Part shown: positions 50,340 through 63,820 of the stretch, in pieces
Numbering within the stretch: position 1 is the stretch's first letter
How the letters are laid out: each line of letters opens with the position of its first letter
Origin: Hypanus sabinus
Taxonomy: Eukaryota
DNA: 64,000 bases
Direction of reading: 5' to 3'
Assembly: GCF_030144855.1 (NCBI RefSeq)
Contig: NC_082736.1
Location: forward strand, 6,014,001 to 6,078,000
Made by a program: the position numbers and the translations under genes
The notes under the pieces: model-generated
What the model saw: only the letters and a program-made list of their open reading frames with translations
Databases searched by the model: none
Told to the model about the DNA's origin: nothing

Positions 50340-50465
50340 GTCTCCGCAGGGTCCGATTTGAATTGGAATCGGCGAGTTTTTGAGGAGAGAGAAACACAGA
50401 AAAATGAAGCCGCCGGGAGCTGACAGCAGGATGTCTCCGCCCCGTCCGCTCGCTGCCTTTAAATT
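50340..50465 (+). promoter_or_regulatory. H1 promoter (H1 box, GC box, TATA-like element)
   Basis: AAACACA 50392-50398; CCGCCC ~50437; GTCCG 50444-50448; TTTAAA 50458-50463. Confidence 0.7.
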
Positions 50466-50539
50466 GCTCTGTGCCGCCACCCTTCGCTTCATTTCTCATT
50501 CAGTTCTGATTGAGAGAAGGATTTACCAGAGTCGCCGAC

Positions 50540-51157
50540 ATGACTGAGACAGCACCCGCCGAAACGGCTCCTCCAGCCGCACCGGCCGCCGCAAAGAAGA
50601 CTCCCAAGAAGAAGGCGGCTGCCCGGAGCAAACCAACCGGTCCCTCGCTGGGCGAACAGATCGATAAGATCGTGGCGGGTTGTCACGATAGGAAGGGTAT
50701 GTCCGGTGTGGCCATCATGAAGGCTCTGGCCGACAGCGGTGTCGATGTGGCGAAACGTCGCCACCAGGTCAAAATGAGCATCAGGAGGAAAGTGGAAAGC
50801 GGCTCCTTGGTTCAGGCCAAGGGCTCGGGTATTTCGGGATCCTTTAAATCCGGTAAAGGGGAAACTGCCGTGAAGGTGGTGAAGAAAGCGAACAAGCCAG
50901 CGGCAAAGAAATCTCCCGGCAAGAAGCTTGGCGCCAAGAAACCAGCGGCTAAAAAGGCGGGAGCAAAGAAACCAGCGACTAAGAAAGCGGGAGGTAAGAA
51001 ACCCGCGGCTAAGAAAGCGGGAGGTAAGAAACCCGCGGCTAAGAAAGCGGCGCCGAAGCCCAAGAGCCCCAAGAAAGCCGCAGCCCCGAAGACGAAGGCG
51101 GTCAAGAAGCCGAAGTCGAAATCCGCGAAACCCAAGAAGACAGCAGTCAAAAAGTGA
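50540..51157 (+). CDS. H1: Linker histone H1
   Basis: 205 aa from ATG 50540 (MTETAPAETAPPAAPAAAKK); winged-helix domain (DRKGMS...KAL...GSLVQAKGSGISGSFK); K/A/P-rich tail; 3' stem-loop. Confidence 0.95.
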   Translation: MTETAPAETAPPAAPAAAKKTPKKKAAARSKPTGPSLGEQIDKIVAGCHDRKGMSGVAIMKALADSGVDVAKRRHQVKMSIRRKVESGSLVQAKGSGISGSFKSGKGETAVKVVKKANKPAAKKSPGKKLGAKKPAAKKAGAKKPATKKAGGKKPAAKKAGGKKPAAKKAAPKPKSPKKAAAPKTKAVKKPKSKSAKPKKTAVKK

Positions 51158-51194
51158 ATTGAGAATACACCATTTGTGTGTATCTGAACCCAAC

Positions 51195-51210
51195 GGCTCT
51201 TCTCAGAGCC
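51195..51210 (+). terminator. Histone mRNA 3' stem-loop (H1)
   Basis: GGCTCT-TCTC-AGAGCC, ACCCA, HDE aaaagagctg. Confidence 0.96.
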
Positions 51211-52182
51211 ACCCACATCTCAGAAAAGAGCTGATTCGGAGTGTTGTGATTCCCGCGCCGGGTCCGATTGAGAACTCAATGGAACCCGAGATTGCCGGTA
51301 CCTCTGACATTTGGTGCGGTGTCTGAAATGAAACGTGGATGCCCGAGCTGAGATTGAGAGATAAGGGATGTGGGCGATTTCAGGCCCAATTCCTTCTCCG
51401 ATCTGGGAGAGAGTGACAGACATTGACACCAGCGGAGATTCAGCTGAGTTGATTGGGAACTGCTGAAACCTACGCGAGAGGGTAGGGGGCGTGTTGAGAG
51501 AGGGATCCGTCTCTGGGACGGACTGCAGCGGGAGGATGTATGATAAAATACCCGGTGGCATTGTCGACTGACCTTCATGCAGGCCCAAGCTACAAAACTA
51601 CATTGTTAATTTACACAAAACTCCAATATCAACAATGTACAAGATAGTGAAATCTAATTTAAAAAAATCACTATTTCCTGGTAGTCACCGCCCCCTGAAA
51701 ACCCCCACTGTACCCCTCGCGTCGGCATGCTCCACTCCAAGCACAGCGGGTACGAACGTATCCCCATGTCCAAACCAAACAAAACGGTAACAGCCGCACC
51801 AGCTGTACATGACAGGTTTGTGGGAGAAGTGAAGGGCCAGATGAGACCCTGACAGGGAGGGAAGCGCGTTAATCTCTGGATGCATTCAAGAGTGTTAGAG
51901 ATTGCTCTTATAGACAGCGGAGTCAAGGGATATGGGGAGAGGGCGGGAACCGGGTACTGATTGTATATGATCAACCATGATCTCAGTGAATGGCGGCGCT
52001 GTCTAGAATGGCCGAATGGCCTACTCCTGCACCTACTGTCTATTATTTTGTATCCCTCGCTGAATTACCTAGTCTGCACAGAACTGATGTTCGGGGTCAA
52101 TTAGTGCAAAATCGATCGGCAGGACAGGTCGCTACTACAATAATGATCAGCAAGCTGCAGCCCTTTCCTTTGCCGTGGTAGT

Positions 52183-52198
52183 GGCTCTTAAAAGAGCC
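52183..52198 (-). terminator. Histone mRNA 3' stem-loop (H3)
   Basis: Reverse complement GGCTCT-TTTA-AGAGCC; HDE gaaagggctg. Confidence 0.96.
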
Positions 52199-52227
52199 TT
52201 TTCTGGTGTTCGGTGTGTAGGCTGGGC

Positions 52228-52644
<417 letters not shown>

Positions 52645-53280
52645 TCAGGAGTGAGAACACGGGCTGAAATACAGGAACAAGATAGACGAAACGGGCTCCA
52701 GCACAGGCTTTTATACGGCTGGGAAGGGCCGTCCCACCGCTTATGATTGGCTGAACACCAAATGTCTATTAAAAGATCTAGTTGTTGCGATTGGTTGATT
52801 ATTTCATGCGGGCTGGTGGTGAATAACAATCTACGACAAAATGGGAAACTGTTAACTGGCGGTCGGACTTCATCCAATCAGAATGCACTGTGATTGGCGC
52901 CCGATTAATTTCAAATCGCCCGCCAATTTCAGTGCACCCAGGAATGGTGCTTGATAACTTTTTATTTACAATTAATTCTATCATGGATCATGTATTTTCA
53001 GTTTCATTTAATATCTAATTCCCTCAGTTAAGATTTGAATGCATGATTACGGAATCGACTCTCTAAACGACTTAACTGATTTCTGTCCGAGATGGACAGA
53101 ATGATTAAGATCGATATAAATGCATCCAGCATTCACGGTAATCACCGCCTGGAAAGGCACAATCGCAGCTATATATATTTCAAGCGTAAAGATTAATCTG
53201 TTTCAAATGAAACCAGATGAATATATCGATAAAAATAATTAAAAGGTTGTGGACACGGCTCCGTCTGTGAGGCGGTGGGT

Positions 53281-53296
53281 GGCTCTTAGAAGAGCC
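53281..53296 (-). terminator. Histone mRNA 3' stem-loop (H4 copy 2)
   Basis: Reverse complement GGCTCT-TCTA-AGAGCC. Confidence 0.96.
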
Positions 53297-53329
53297 TTTG
53301 TGTTGTTCTCGGGAGGAAGTGGGAGTTTT

Positions 53330-53650
<321 letters not shown>

Positions 53651-53871
53651 TCACTCAGGTCGCTGCTCAGTGACAAACCGACTGCTGATGTCTCCTTTTA
53701 TACACAGCGCCCCGACCTGCCTGAGAAACGCACAGAGAGACAGAGGCGGGGAGGGGAGGAGACAGAGTCAGAGTGACGGACAGAGCCGAGAGCGGCCTCT
53801 CATCGCCCAGCTCTGCCTTCACTTTACCACACCCGCTAATTTCCAACGGTCTATCCGACACAAAGCGCTCC

Positions 53872-54345
53872 AGCTCCATCTGTGTCCTCTGATCCTAGAC
53901 TCCCCCACTGTAGGAACCATCCTCTCCACATCCACTCTATCTGTGTCCTCTGATCCTGGACTTCCCCACTGTAGGAAACATCCCCTCCACATCCACTCTA
54001 GACAGACAGAGAGACATACTTTATTGATCCCGGGGGAAATTGGGTTTTGTTACAGTCGCACCAACCAAGAATAGTGTAGAAATATAGCAATATAAACCCA
54101 TAAATAATTCAATAATAATAAGTAAATTATGCCAAGTGGAAATAAGTCCAGGACCAGCCTATTGGCCCAGGTTGTCTGACACTCCGAGGGAGGAGCTGTA
54201 AAGTTTGATGGCCACAGGCAGGAGTGACTTCCTATGATGCTCAATGTTGCATCTCGGTGGAATGAGTCTCTGGCTGAATGTATTCCTGTGCCTAACCAGT
54301 ACATTATGGAGTGGATGGGAGTCATCGTCCAAGATGGCATGAAAC
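53872..54345 (-). mobile_element. Composite insertion (tandem CR1 3' snippet plus Rex1-like 3' fragment) in the distal H4 promoter
   Basis: Absent from the paralogous position (~23233-23260); 54000-54345 matches 32874-33210. Confidence 0.8.
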
Positions 54346-56328
54346 ACGTAGACACTGGAAGATTTCTGGAAATTTGCTGATTCTCCTGCTTTAAATTATA
54401 GGAAGTGCTTTTCCATACCGCAAATCCCCGAGGACCTCGGTCTGTCCCTCCCCGGCCCCATGACCAGTTCGAGCGTCCTCACACACAGCAGTTGGTGGGC
54501 AAGGGTGCAGTCACATCCAGTGATGAGAGGGTTAATTCAATAGAACAATTGTTCCCCTGGGTCTCGAGGGAAATGAAAGTCCGGTCACATAAAGGAACAG
54601 GATACATCGGCAGATATAAGGATATATAGACCTCGCTTTGGCGCCTTCTAAAGCCCAGGTAAAGTGGTGGCTGAGGAGCTGGTGTGAGGTGGGTGAGGGC
54701 TTTAGATACGAGGATCATTGAGGTCCCGAGGGAAAGGTGAGACGGGTCCAAGGAGGGGAGCCAATATGGGAGCTTTCTTCATGCTACACGGGAGGGTTTA
54801 AATGAGCAGGTATCAGGTCCTACACAGTGATTTTTGAAAAATAGGTTAAAAAGCAGGACTTCCAGGATTGTAATTATCGAATTGTGGCCCAAACCTTGTG
54901 CTGGTGTGGTGAGGAAACAACTGCTGCTGAGGAACTGATGCAGGAGGGAGGTCTTCAGATTCTTGGATCAATGGGCTCCCTTCCAGTCAGGTGGGAGACT
55001 GGGACAAACAAGGCCATTTCCATCTGGACCGGAGGGGAACCAATATCCTCACCAGGAGGTTTGATGGTGTCACTTGGCGGAGTTGGAACTGGAGTAGCAA
55101 GTGGGAGAATGTATGTATGACAAGACAGTCTGAAAAGAACGAGAGCCAATGTCAGGCCAATAAACATGGTGGGATTGATGGGCTGAAATAAGTTTATTTC
55201 AACATTAGGAGTATTATGTTGTCGGACGTTCAGCTCAACATCTCTAGGTTTCATTGTTTTACATGTGAGTGGGGGGAAGGGGGGTTATAAGATGCAGAGG
55301 TTACCCCACTGGGAAAGTCACAGCAAACTGGGGGGCTCACTTACAGAGGCAATCTACAGTCACACGGACTGGATTATAGTATTGGCCCCCAATAACCACC
55401 GGGAGGTGGAGGAACACAGAGGTTTATGTTTAGGGAGAGGTGCAGAACAGAACTGTCATAGTGGGGGGCTTTATCTTCCCTCGAATTGACTGGATCTTGT
55501 TCAATGCTGAGATGCTCAAGATTTCTTCAGCGATTCCGAGGAGTGTTTGAAACATTATGTACAGAGCCCCACCAGAGGCGAGAACAGACGGGAATTAGTT
55601 TAGGGAAACGAGCCAGGCCAGCTGACGATCACCATTTATTTTGTTCATTAGTTATGAGTAAGACTGAAGCCAAGGGGCATTGATTGGGAGCAGCCACTGT
55701 CAGACAAGTCGACATCTGACATGTGGGAGTTGTTTAAAGACCAGCAGCTCAGAGTTCAGGATCAGCATGTTCCTGTAAGGAGTAAGGACAAGGACGGTAA
55801 GGTAAGGGAACTTTGGATGAATGGAGAGATCCTGAATTTAGTCAGAAGGATATGGAAGGTTTATGAAGCTAAAATCAGACTGGGTATCTTTGGAATATAA
55901 AGATAGCGGGGAAATGCGAAAGCTGGTGATAGGAAAGGCCAAATGGGGCCTCAAACCGTCCTCGTGGAGTGGGATCAAAGATAATCCCAAGGCCTTTTGA
56001 TTTATATTAGTTAAACAGGGATAACCAGAGACTGGAAAGGTCCACTCAAGATTAAAGGAGGAATGATGTGGTTGAAGTCAGACCAAGTGTCTGAGGTACT
56101 AAATGAGTCTGTTGTATCAATATTTACCGAGGAGTAGGAATTGAATGTCAATGAAAACAGTGCGAGACATGCTAATATGCAGAGACATGTTGAGATTAAG
56201 GAGGAGGCTGTGCTGGGACATCTGAAAAGCAATAAGATGGAGAAGACTCGAAGAACTGAAGGCATATATCCTTCAATAGTGAAAGAAGCAAGTGAGCAGA
56301 TTGCTGGGGATTTGACAAAGATCTATGT

Positions 56329-58603
56329 CGGGGGTCCCCAACTTTGTTTGCACCGCGGACCCATTTAATATTGACAATATTCTTACGGACCGGCCGGCAG
56401 GGGGGGGAGGGGTAGGGGTTTGTTAATATATACCAGAATACAGGTGAAACTATAAGTCACTAGTAAGTGGCTAATTAGTACACTCAATTTCATTTCTAAA
56501 AGGGTTTATCTAAAGAATTTAATATTAAACAGTGCATATTTTCCTCCCATGAATATAGAGATAAGTCAATTATAGGGCACTTATAAGTCAATAGCATCAT
56601 AACATTTTAAGTAACGCTTGGATATTAAACACCCAGCACCTATTATCCTCATATGAACATATAAAATCATTGCAACACACCAATATCGGTGTATCACTAA
56701 GAGTCCTGGGCTTGTTTCCCTGCAATAAGGTGGTCTCATCGAGGGTTAATGGGAGACACCAATACTCAAAGGCGGTTCCTTATGTCCTGATGAAGGGTCT
56801 TGGCCTGAAACATCGACAGTGCTTCTCCTTATAGATGCTGCCTGGCCTGCTGTGTTCTACCAGCATTTTGTGTGTGTTTGAATTTCCAGCATCTGCAGAT
56901 TTCCTCGTTTTTGCTCCTTATATCCAGTCTATTCCGCAATTTAGTTTTTGTTGCATTCGTTGCAGAAAACCCTGCTTCACAGAGATATGATTTTGGAAAC
57001 GGAAGCAACGTTTTCAGTGCTTTCATGGCTATCTCAGGATATTCAGCCTTGACTTTGATCCAGAATGCCGGCAGAGATGTTACATCAAACATATTTTTCA
57101 GCCCATCGTCATTTGCAAGCTCGAGGAGTTGATCTTCCCGCGCTGACATGGATAGTTGTCATTCTGCCCTGAAGTGACAAATTGAGTTCATCGAGCAGGT
57201 TGAAGATGTCACACAGATGAAAGAGTTTTGCTATCCACCCCTCGTCACGTGTGCTTCCAGTGGTGACGTTTTTCCTGAAAGAAATCTCTGTAGCTGCTCT
57301 CTTAACTCAAAAACCTTGGCCAGGGCTCTCCATCTTGATAGTCACCTGACTTCAGTGTGAAAGAGAAGGCGTTTGTGCTCTGCATCCATTTCTTCACAAA
57401 GCTGCTCAAACAGACGTGAGTTAAGGGCTTTTACTTTGATGTGATTGATAACTTCAACGATGTCACTAAATACGCTGTTAAGATCAGGTGACATTTTTCG
57501 GCGAGCCAGCATCTCCCTGTTTATGACAAAGTTTGCAGACTGGCATTCAGGAGCAACCTCTTTGACTCGAGTAGTGAAACCAGACAGCCGTCCAGTCATA
57601 GCTGCAGCCCCATCTGTGCATATTCCAACACAGAATGACCAGTCCGGTTTGCCTAACATGTAGTCATTCAAAGACATGAACAGTTCTGCCCCAGTTGTGT
57701 TAGTTGGCGGTAGCATTGCGCACAATGTATCCTCGTGCACATCGTCTTGAAATATATATCGCACATAAACCAGCAGTGTTACCTTGTTGTCGCATTGGTA
57801 GACTCATCGACCTGGATAGCATACCATGGTGACTCGTTAAGCTGTTCTAACATCTATGCTTCGATGTCCTCCGCTTTGTCATCAATTCTCCTTGAAACTG
57901 TGGTAGCTGGAAGAGAAACCTGTGCCATCTTGTTAGCAGCAGCTTCTCTCAACAGTTCACAGCACATGTCCTTGGCAGCAGGCAGAATCAATTTTTCCCC
58001 AAAGGTGAAAGGCTTCTTAGCCTCAGCAATATGGTTAGCCACTAACTATGACGCTCTCAGAGCAGCAGCATTTGTGGAGGAGTTGGCTCTCAGCACTTGC
58101 TTCTGCCCCGCTTGCTCACGTTTTTTCCACTCAGAAAACTCAAAGGGTTTGTCTTTAAGTGCAGGGAGCTGGGACTCAAGATGCCGAAGCAGTTTTGAGG
58201 GCTTCATTGCCTCATTAGACAGCATGTCTCCACATATCACACACAGGGGCTTGGAGCATACGAGTCACCGGTCACAATAAACCCATATTTTATGTGCGAC
58301 TCGTCGTATTTTCTGTTGAAGGAAGCTTTCTTTTTTTTTGTAGTCTTGGCCTCAGCCGTCTCTGCGTGGTCGTCATCATTGGGCCTTTTATGTCCCCCAC
58401 CACCTCTTCCAAAGAAACTCTCAAGCGACGTTTGTTTTTTACTCATACCGACTGATGACCTTGTGTGCGTTCAAGTTCAACAGTGGCATGACAGGGAATG
58501 AGGAAAGGTGAAGCTGACTCATATCGTTTCATATCACCAAATCATATTGGTTCTTCACAGCCCGGCAGCACGTGTTTTGCGGCCCGGTGGTTGGGGACCA
58601 CTG
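56329..58603 (-). mobile_element. hAT Charlie/Buster-type DNA transposon (ZBED5/ZBED8-like transposase pseudogene)
   Basis: TIRs C(G/A)G(G/T)GGTCCCCAAC at both ends; BED-finger region ICGDMLSNEAMKPSKLLRHL; dimerisation motif FWIKVKAEYPEIA...SYLCEAGFS. Frameshifted and internally deleted; PLE-end insertion at ~56787-56912. Confidence 0.92.
56783..56818 (+). ncRNA. Minimal type I hammerhead ribozyme relic in a Penelope-derived repeat
   Basis: TGTC-CTGATGA-AGGGTCTTGGCCT-GAAA-CATC-GACA: core boxes and stem I intact; stem III palindrome ACGT mutated to ACAT. Confidence 0.6.
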
Positions 58604-58935
58604 ATCTGAGACACTCCAAATTTGTTTTGAGGTGACAGACAGGCAGGCACTCTGTGAGCCACATGGAGAGGACATTGATGGGCTCACAGAGTGCATCACT
58701 GGTTACATCAACTTCGGTGTGGACTGCAATGTTCCAGCAAGAACTGCGTTATTCAAATAACAAGTCATGGGTAACAAAAGACATTAAGGACATCCTGAAC
58801 ACTAAAAAGAGGGCATTTAGAGATGGAATTAGGGAGGAGCTGAGGACAATATAGAGGGACCTGAAAGCCAAGATCAGGGAGGCTAAAGACAGGTGTAGGA
58901 GGAAGCACGAGGAAATCTGCAGATGCTGGAAATTC

Positions 58936-59699
58936 AAATATCCATGGTCAACCCTGACGCAGCAGAGGGCCTTCACTAACGTGTCTGTCCATGGCCTCCT
59001 CTCCTGCTACGATGAGGACAACTACAGGTTGGACGAGCAACATCTCATATTCTGATATTGATTTCTCCAAATTTCAGAAATCACTGCCCTCTGTTTGCAC
59101 ACATTCACTGAACTACTATTTTTCTTCTGACTTTTCCCCCCATTCTGGTGCCATTTACCCCCTTCACCATTCCTCACGCACCGTCATGACCAGCCCATCA
59201 ACTCTCTCTGGTTCTCCACCTCCTTCGTGTCATCCCATGGTTCAACGTTCTCTCCTACTGGATTCCTTCCTCTTCATCTCTTTGCCTTTCCTGTCTGTCA
59301 CCCAGGTCTTCACATCATCATCCCTCCGCAAAACAACCCCCGCCCCCACTCACCTGTCCTCCTCCCCCTCCCCAGCACCTTATTGTGGCTTTAGTCCCTT
59401 TCTTTCTAATCCTGAAGAAGGTTCTCAGCCCGAAATGTTGACTCTTTGCTGAGTTCCTGCAGTATTTTGTGCGTGTTTGTGTCAGTCTGTGTGTTGATTA
59501 AGCTGATCAAACTGGTACAGTCAAAGAGGAATTTGTGGAGTGGTCAGAGACAGTTTCTTAGAGCAGGACTTTACACAGGAACAAGACATCTCATATGTAA
59601 TCTGTGTAATGAGGTGGGATTACAGAGAGATCTTGTGGTGACTGATCCCAGAAGAAGTGATCACAATGTGGGTGAACTCCAGACCACAGATTGAGGGTG
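58936..59699 (+). repeat. Direct copy of block B (15573-16330)
   Basis: Same-strand match. Confidence 0.9.
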
Positions 59700-60063
59700 C
59701 ACACAAGGGTCCAGAACCAGTGTCCTCAACCTAAATAAAGGCAATTACAGAGACGTGACAGTGGAGCTTTCTGGGGCAGATGGGGTAAATATGCTTAGGG
59801 ACAGGTCAGTAATGAGCAGTGGCGATGTTTAAGGAGACTGTTCATAACAGTCAGCAGACATTGATCCCGATTCTACAGAGGGATCACAGAGAGCAAAGAA
59901 CGTTCTGTGGTCAATGAAGGTCAAGGGAAACATTAAATCAAAGAGCATAAAAAGAGGCAAGGGTTGGCAGGAGAAAAGAGGATCAGGATTTTTCCAGGAA
60001 CGAATGATGAGACAAAAGCTAAAACTAACAAGGAAAAAGCAGATAGGTTAACTCAGTAATTTT

Positions 60064-62815
60064 AATTAGTGTTCACAGTGGGGACACAGCAAACATCCCA
60101 GAGATATCGAACAGTGACATTTCAACATTGTGCCATAATGTGTAACAATCACCATCACAAGGGTGAAACTAATGGGACTAAAAGCAAACATTTCCAGGTC
60201 CCAACGACCGGCACTGAAGCCTAGAGAGAAAGTAGAGACACTGAGGTCTGTCAAAACTCACTGTCACGGAAAGGTCCCAGTGGAGTTGAAAACCATTGTT
60301 GAAGAAGGGTGGAAGATAAAAAGCAGGTGACTGTAGTCCAGTTAACTTCACTTCAGCTACTGGAGTCTATAATCTGTGAAGAAATAACAAGTCATTTAGA
60401 AAAGTTTAATGTGATTGAACTGAGTCAACAGGGTTTACAGTCAGATTCACACAGCACAGAAACGAGCCCATCAGCTCAAATGGTCCACACTGACCAAAGT
60501 TCCCAACTGAGTTTGTGGTCTGTAACCCCCTCACCACCACATTAAGAACAAGGCTATCCTCCTCCTTATCCCATATCCTTCAAAACCTTTCCTTCCCATC
60601 TACCTGTCCAAGTACCTTTCTTAAATATACCTGACTCAACCATCCCCCTGGCAGCTCACTCCATACACTGACCAGCCTGTGAGTGGAAAAGTTGCCCTTC
60701 AGGTTCCTATTAAATCTCATCTCAAACCAATGCCTTTCAGTTCTTCATTCCCCTACCCTGAAAAAAATATTGTTATCTTTGACTCAACCCAGGCCGCTTA
60801 TTATTTTATACACCTCTGCAACTTCTCCAACTTTCCAAGGAAAATGATCCAAAACGCTTCCCACAAATCAGTCCTTCGAGATCCAGCAACATCCCCGTAA
60901 ATCAACTCTGCACTCTTTCCAGCTCAATGGTGCCTGTCATACTGCATGATCACTAAAACTAAACACTATTTATGAAATGCGGCCAAACCAACGTGTTGTA
61001 CTACTGCACCATTTCATCCCAGCTTCTATATTTGGTGCCCTGACTGAAGGCCAGTGTTCCAAAAGCCTCTTCACCACCCTGTCCATCTGGAACCTGGTTT
61101 TTGTCTCTGTAACCTGGGTTACTGAATGTTATGTCATGTTTGACAAACATACCAGAGATTTGAGACTTTACAGGGGAAGTTGGAGAAGTGGTGATTTTGG
61201 ATTTTCAGGAGCCATTTGCCAAGGTGCCACATGAAAGGCTGGTGCACAAGACCAGAGCTCAGTACTGGGAAAGAAGTGTGTTAATATTCACTGAAGACTG
61301 GTTATCTTACTGAGACAGAATAACAGGTCTGTTTCAGGCTGGGATGACATAACTACTGGAGTGTTAAGGTGTTGCCTGCACAACAAAATAGAGACGGGTG
61401 CAGTGAGGGGTTCATAAGACCATATATGACCAAAGTTCAGAGGTGTATGGTTCATTGACATTTCTTGCTAGGGCATAAGAGCAGAGAAACAGAGCAGTGT
61501 TGTTACAGTGTCAGACAAATGCTCATTGATGGATTTTGGGAACTTAAAGCAGGTCAGGACATACCCAGTGAATGGCAGGGTCCTGAGGAGTGTTGATGAA
61601 AAGATAAACCTGAAGCACAGGTAAATAGTTCCCTGAAAGTGCCAACACAGGGAGACAAGGTGGTGAAGAAGGTGCACGACATGCTTACCTTCATTGGCAA
61701 AGGCTCTGAGAGGAGTTGGGACATCACATCACAGTTGTACAAATCAATAATTACCCCACATCAGGAGTACCCTGTACAGTTCTGGTCACCACGAGAGGAA
61801 GGATGTGATTAAGCTGGAAAGGTGCAGAAACAATTCACAGGAATGTTACCTGGACTGCGGGCTTGAGTTACAAGGAAAGATCAGACTGACTGGGACTGTT
61901 TTCCCTGGAGTGAAGGAGGCTGAGGGGAGACCTGACAGAAGTTTATAAAACTATGAGAGGTGCAGTCAAGGTAGATAGTCAGTATCACTTCCCCTGGGTA
62001 GAAATATCAAATATGAGAAGGCACAGCTTTGAAATGCCAGGGTGAGAATTTAAAAGTGTATTTCAGGGCAGGTAAGATTTCTGTTTCCATACAGCGAGTG
62101 GTGAGGGCCGAATACAGGTTGCCATAGGGAGTGGTGGAAGTAGATATGATAATGACATTTAACAGGGTTTTAGATAAGCCATGAAAATTCAGAGAATTGA
62201 AGCACATGAATTATACGCAGGCAGAAGAGATTTAGTTTCATTTGACATCGTGTTCAGCACAGACGTCATGGGAAGAAGGGCCTGTTCCTGTGCTGTACTG
62301 TTCTGTGTTCTCGGTGAGCCTCAGTGACGGGGGAGTCTTTAGCCGGGGTCACAGACAGGAGTATCTGTGGCAAGGAGAGAGACTGCAGGATGGTGCATTA
62401 CCCCCCTGGTACCAGGGCCAAGGATGTAACTGAACAAGTACAGGCCATTCTGAAAGGCCAGGGTGAGCAGCCAGAGGTCGTGTCCATATTGGTTTTAACA
62501 AAAGAGACAAAGGGACTGAGGGAGTTGGGGAAAAAATTAAGTAGAAACTCTGTGGTGAGGAGGGGGGTAATCCCAGTGTCACCTGCTAGTGCGGGAAGAA
62601 AGAAAAAGCTGGTACAGTTATATGTGTGGCTCACAAGCTGGTGCAGGACGGAGGATTTTTGTTACATGGATCATTGGGCTCTCTTTCAGGAGAGGGGTTG
62701 GGAAGAGTGAAAGGTCAGTAGTGGAGTTGACAGATGTGGATCAACACAGAAAGTAAGTCCAAATAGATGAATTACAGTGTCTCAATAGCACTACAAGTGC
62801 ACAGATAAACAAATA
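60064..62815 (-). repeat. Inverted copy of block A2 (12443-15403)
   Basis: Reverse-complement match including shared TE junctions. Confidence 0.92.
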
Positions 62816-63339
62816 CCAGGTAGGCCTCAAATTTACATTTAATTTTTTAAAATGGATCTGAAAGAAACTTAACACAATTTTTGGTCTTTAATGGAGCAAT
62901 CGGGAAAGGTTCATGAGTTTTTAATCAAAAAGTACTGACGATAGGCTTGTTATGCCTACTTTTGAGTGGGGAAGGATCAGGAAATATCCTAAATAAAGCC
63001 TTTAAAACTATCTATATATCTAGATCTCTGAACTAGCATTACTTATTTGTTGTGATGTGCCAATCACAATAATGTATGCAAGTCTTTGAAGTCCTTTGAA
63101 ATGCTTAAGTATTTGAAAGAGAGAGAGCTAGAAATGATAATTAAATGGAGAAACGTTGAGAAGGTTTGTGAGGCATAAATTCCAGCCTGACTGGGCTGAA
63201 TAGCAAGTTTCTGTGTGCTGTATTACATCTTGTATATAATTTCCAGATAAAATATCAGAATTTCAAAATTTCTTAAAATTATTTCCTCAAAGGGATTTTA
63301 TGATATTTTGTTAATAATCAATGATGCTCAAAGTTAATG

Positions 63340-63820
63340 TATTTTCAAAGTTCAAGATAAGTTTATTATCAATGCATATGTCACCATATACAACCCTAAG
63401 GACATTCACAGTAAAAACTAAAAACAATAGAATCATTAAAAGACTGCACCCAACAGGACAGACAAACAACTGATGTGCAAAAGACAACAAGCTCCGTAAA
63501 TACAAATAGAAAAGAAAAATAAATAAACAAACAATAAATATTGAGAGCATGGGATGGAGTCCTTGAAGGTGAGTCCATAGACTGTGGGAAGAACTCAGTG
63601 ATGCAGAAAGTGAAGTTATCCCTTTTGGCTCAGGGGGCTGATGATAACTTTTCCTGAACCCGGTGGTGTGGTCCCTGAGGCTCTCTGACCAACTCGTTGA
63701 TGGCAGCAAAGAGAGGAGAGCTTGTCCTGGGTGGTGGGGGTTCCTGATGAATGCTGCTTTCCTGCAATAGCATTTTGTGTAGATATGCTCAGTGGGAGGA
63801 AGGTCTTTATCTGCGATGGA
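63340..63820 (-). mobile_element. Rex1-like LINE 3' fragment
   Basis: RNPHHPGQALLSLLPS...TTGFRKSY in ORF 63311..63823, followed by the 3' UTR. Confidence 0.7.

Noticed and set aside
56829-58446. Possible domesticated ZBED5/ZBED8/SCAND3-like gene
   Set aside because: Multiple frameshifts, an internal deletion, a nested insertion and retained TIRs indicate a dead transposon.
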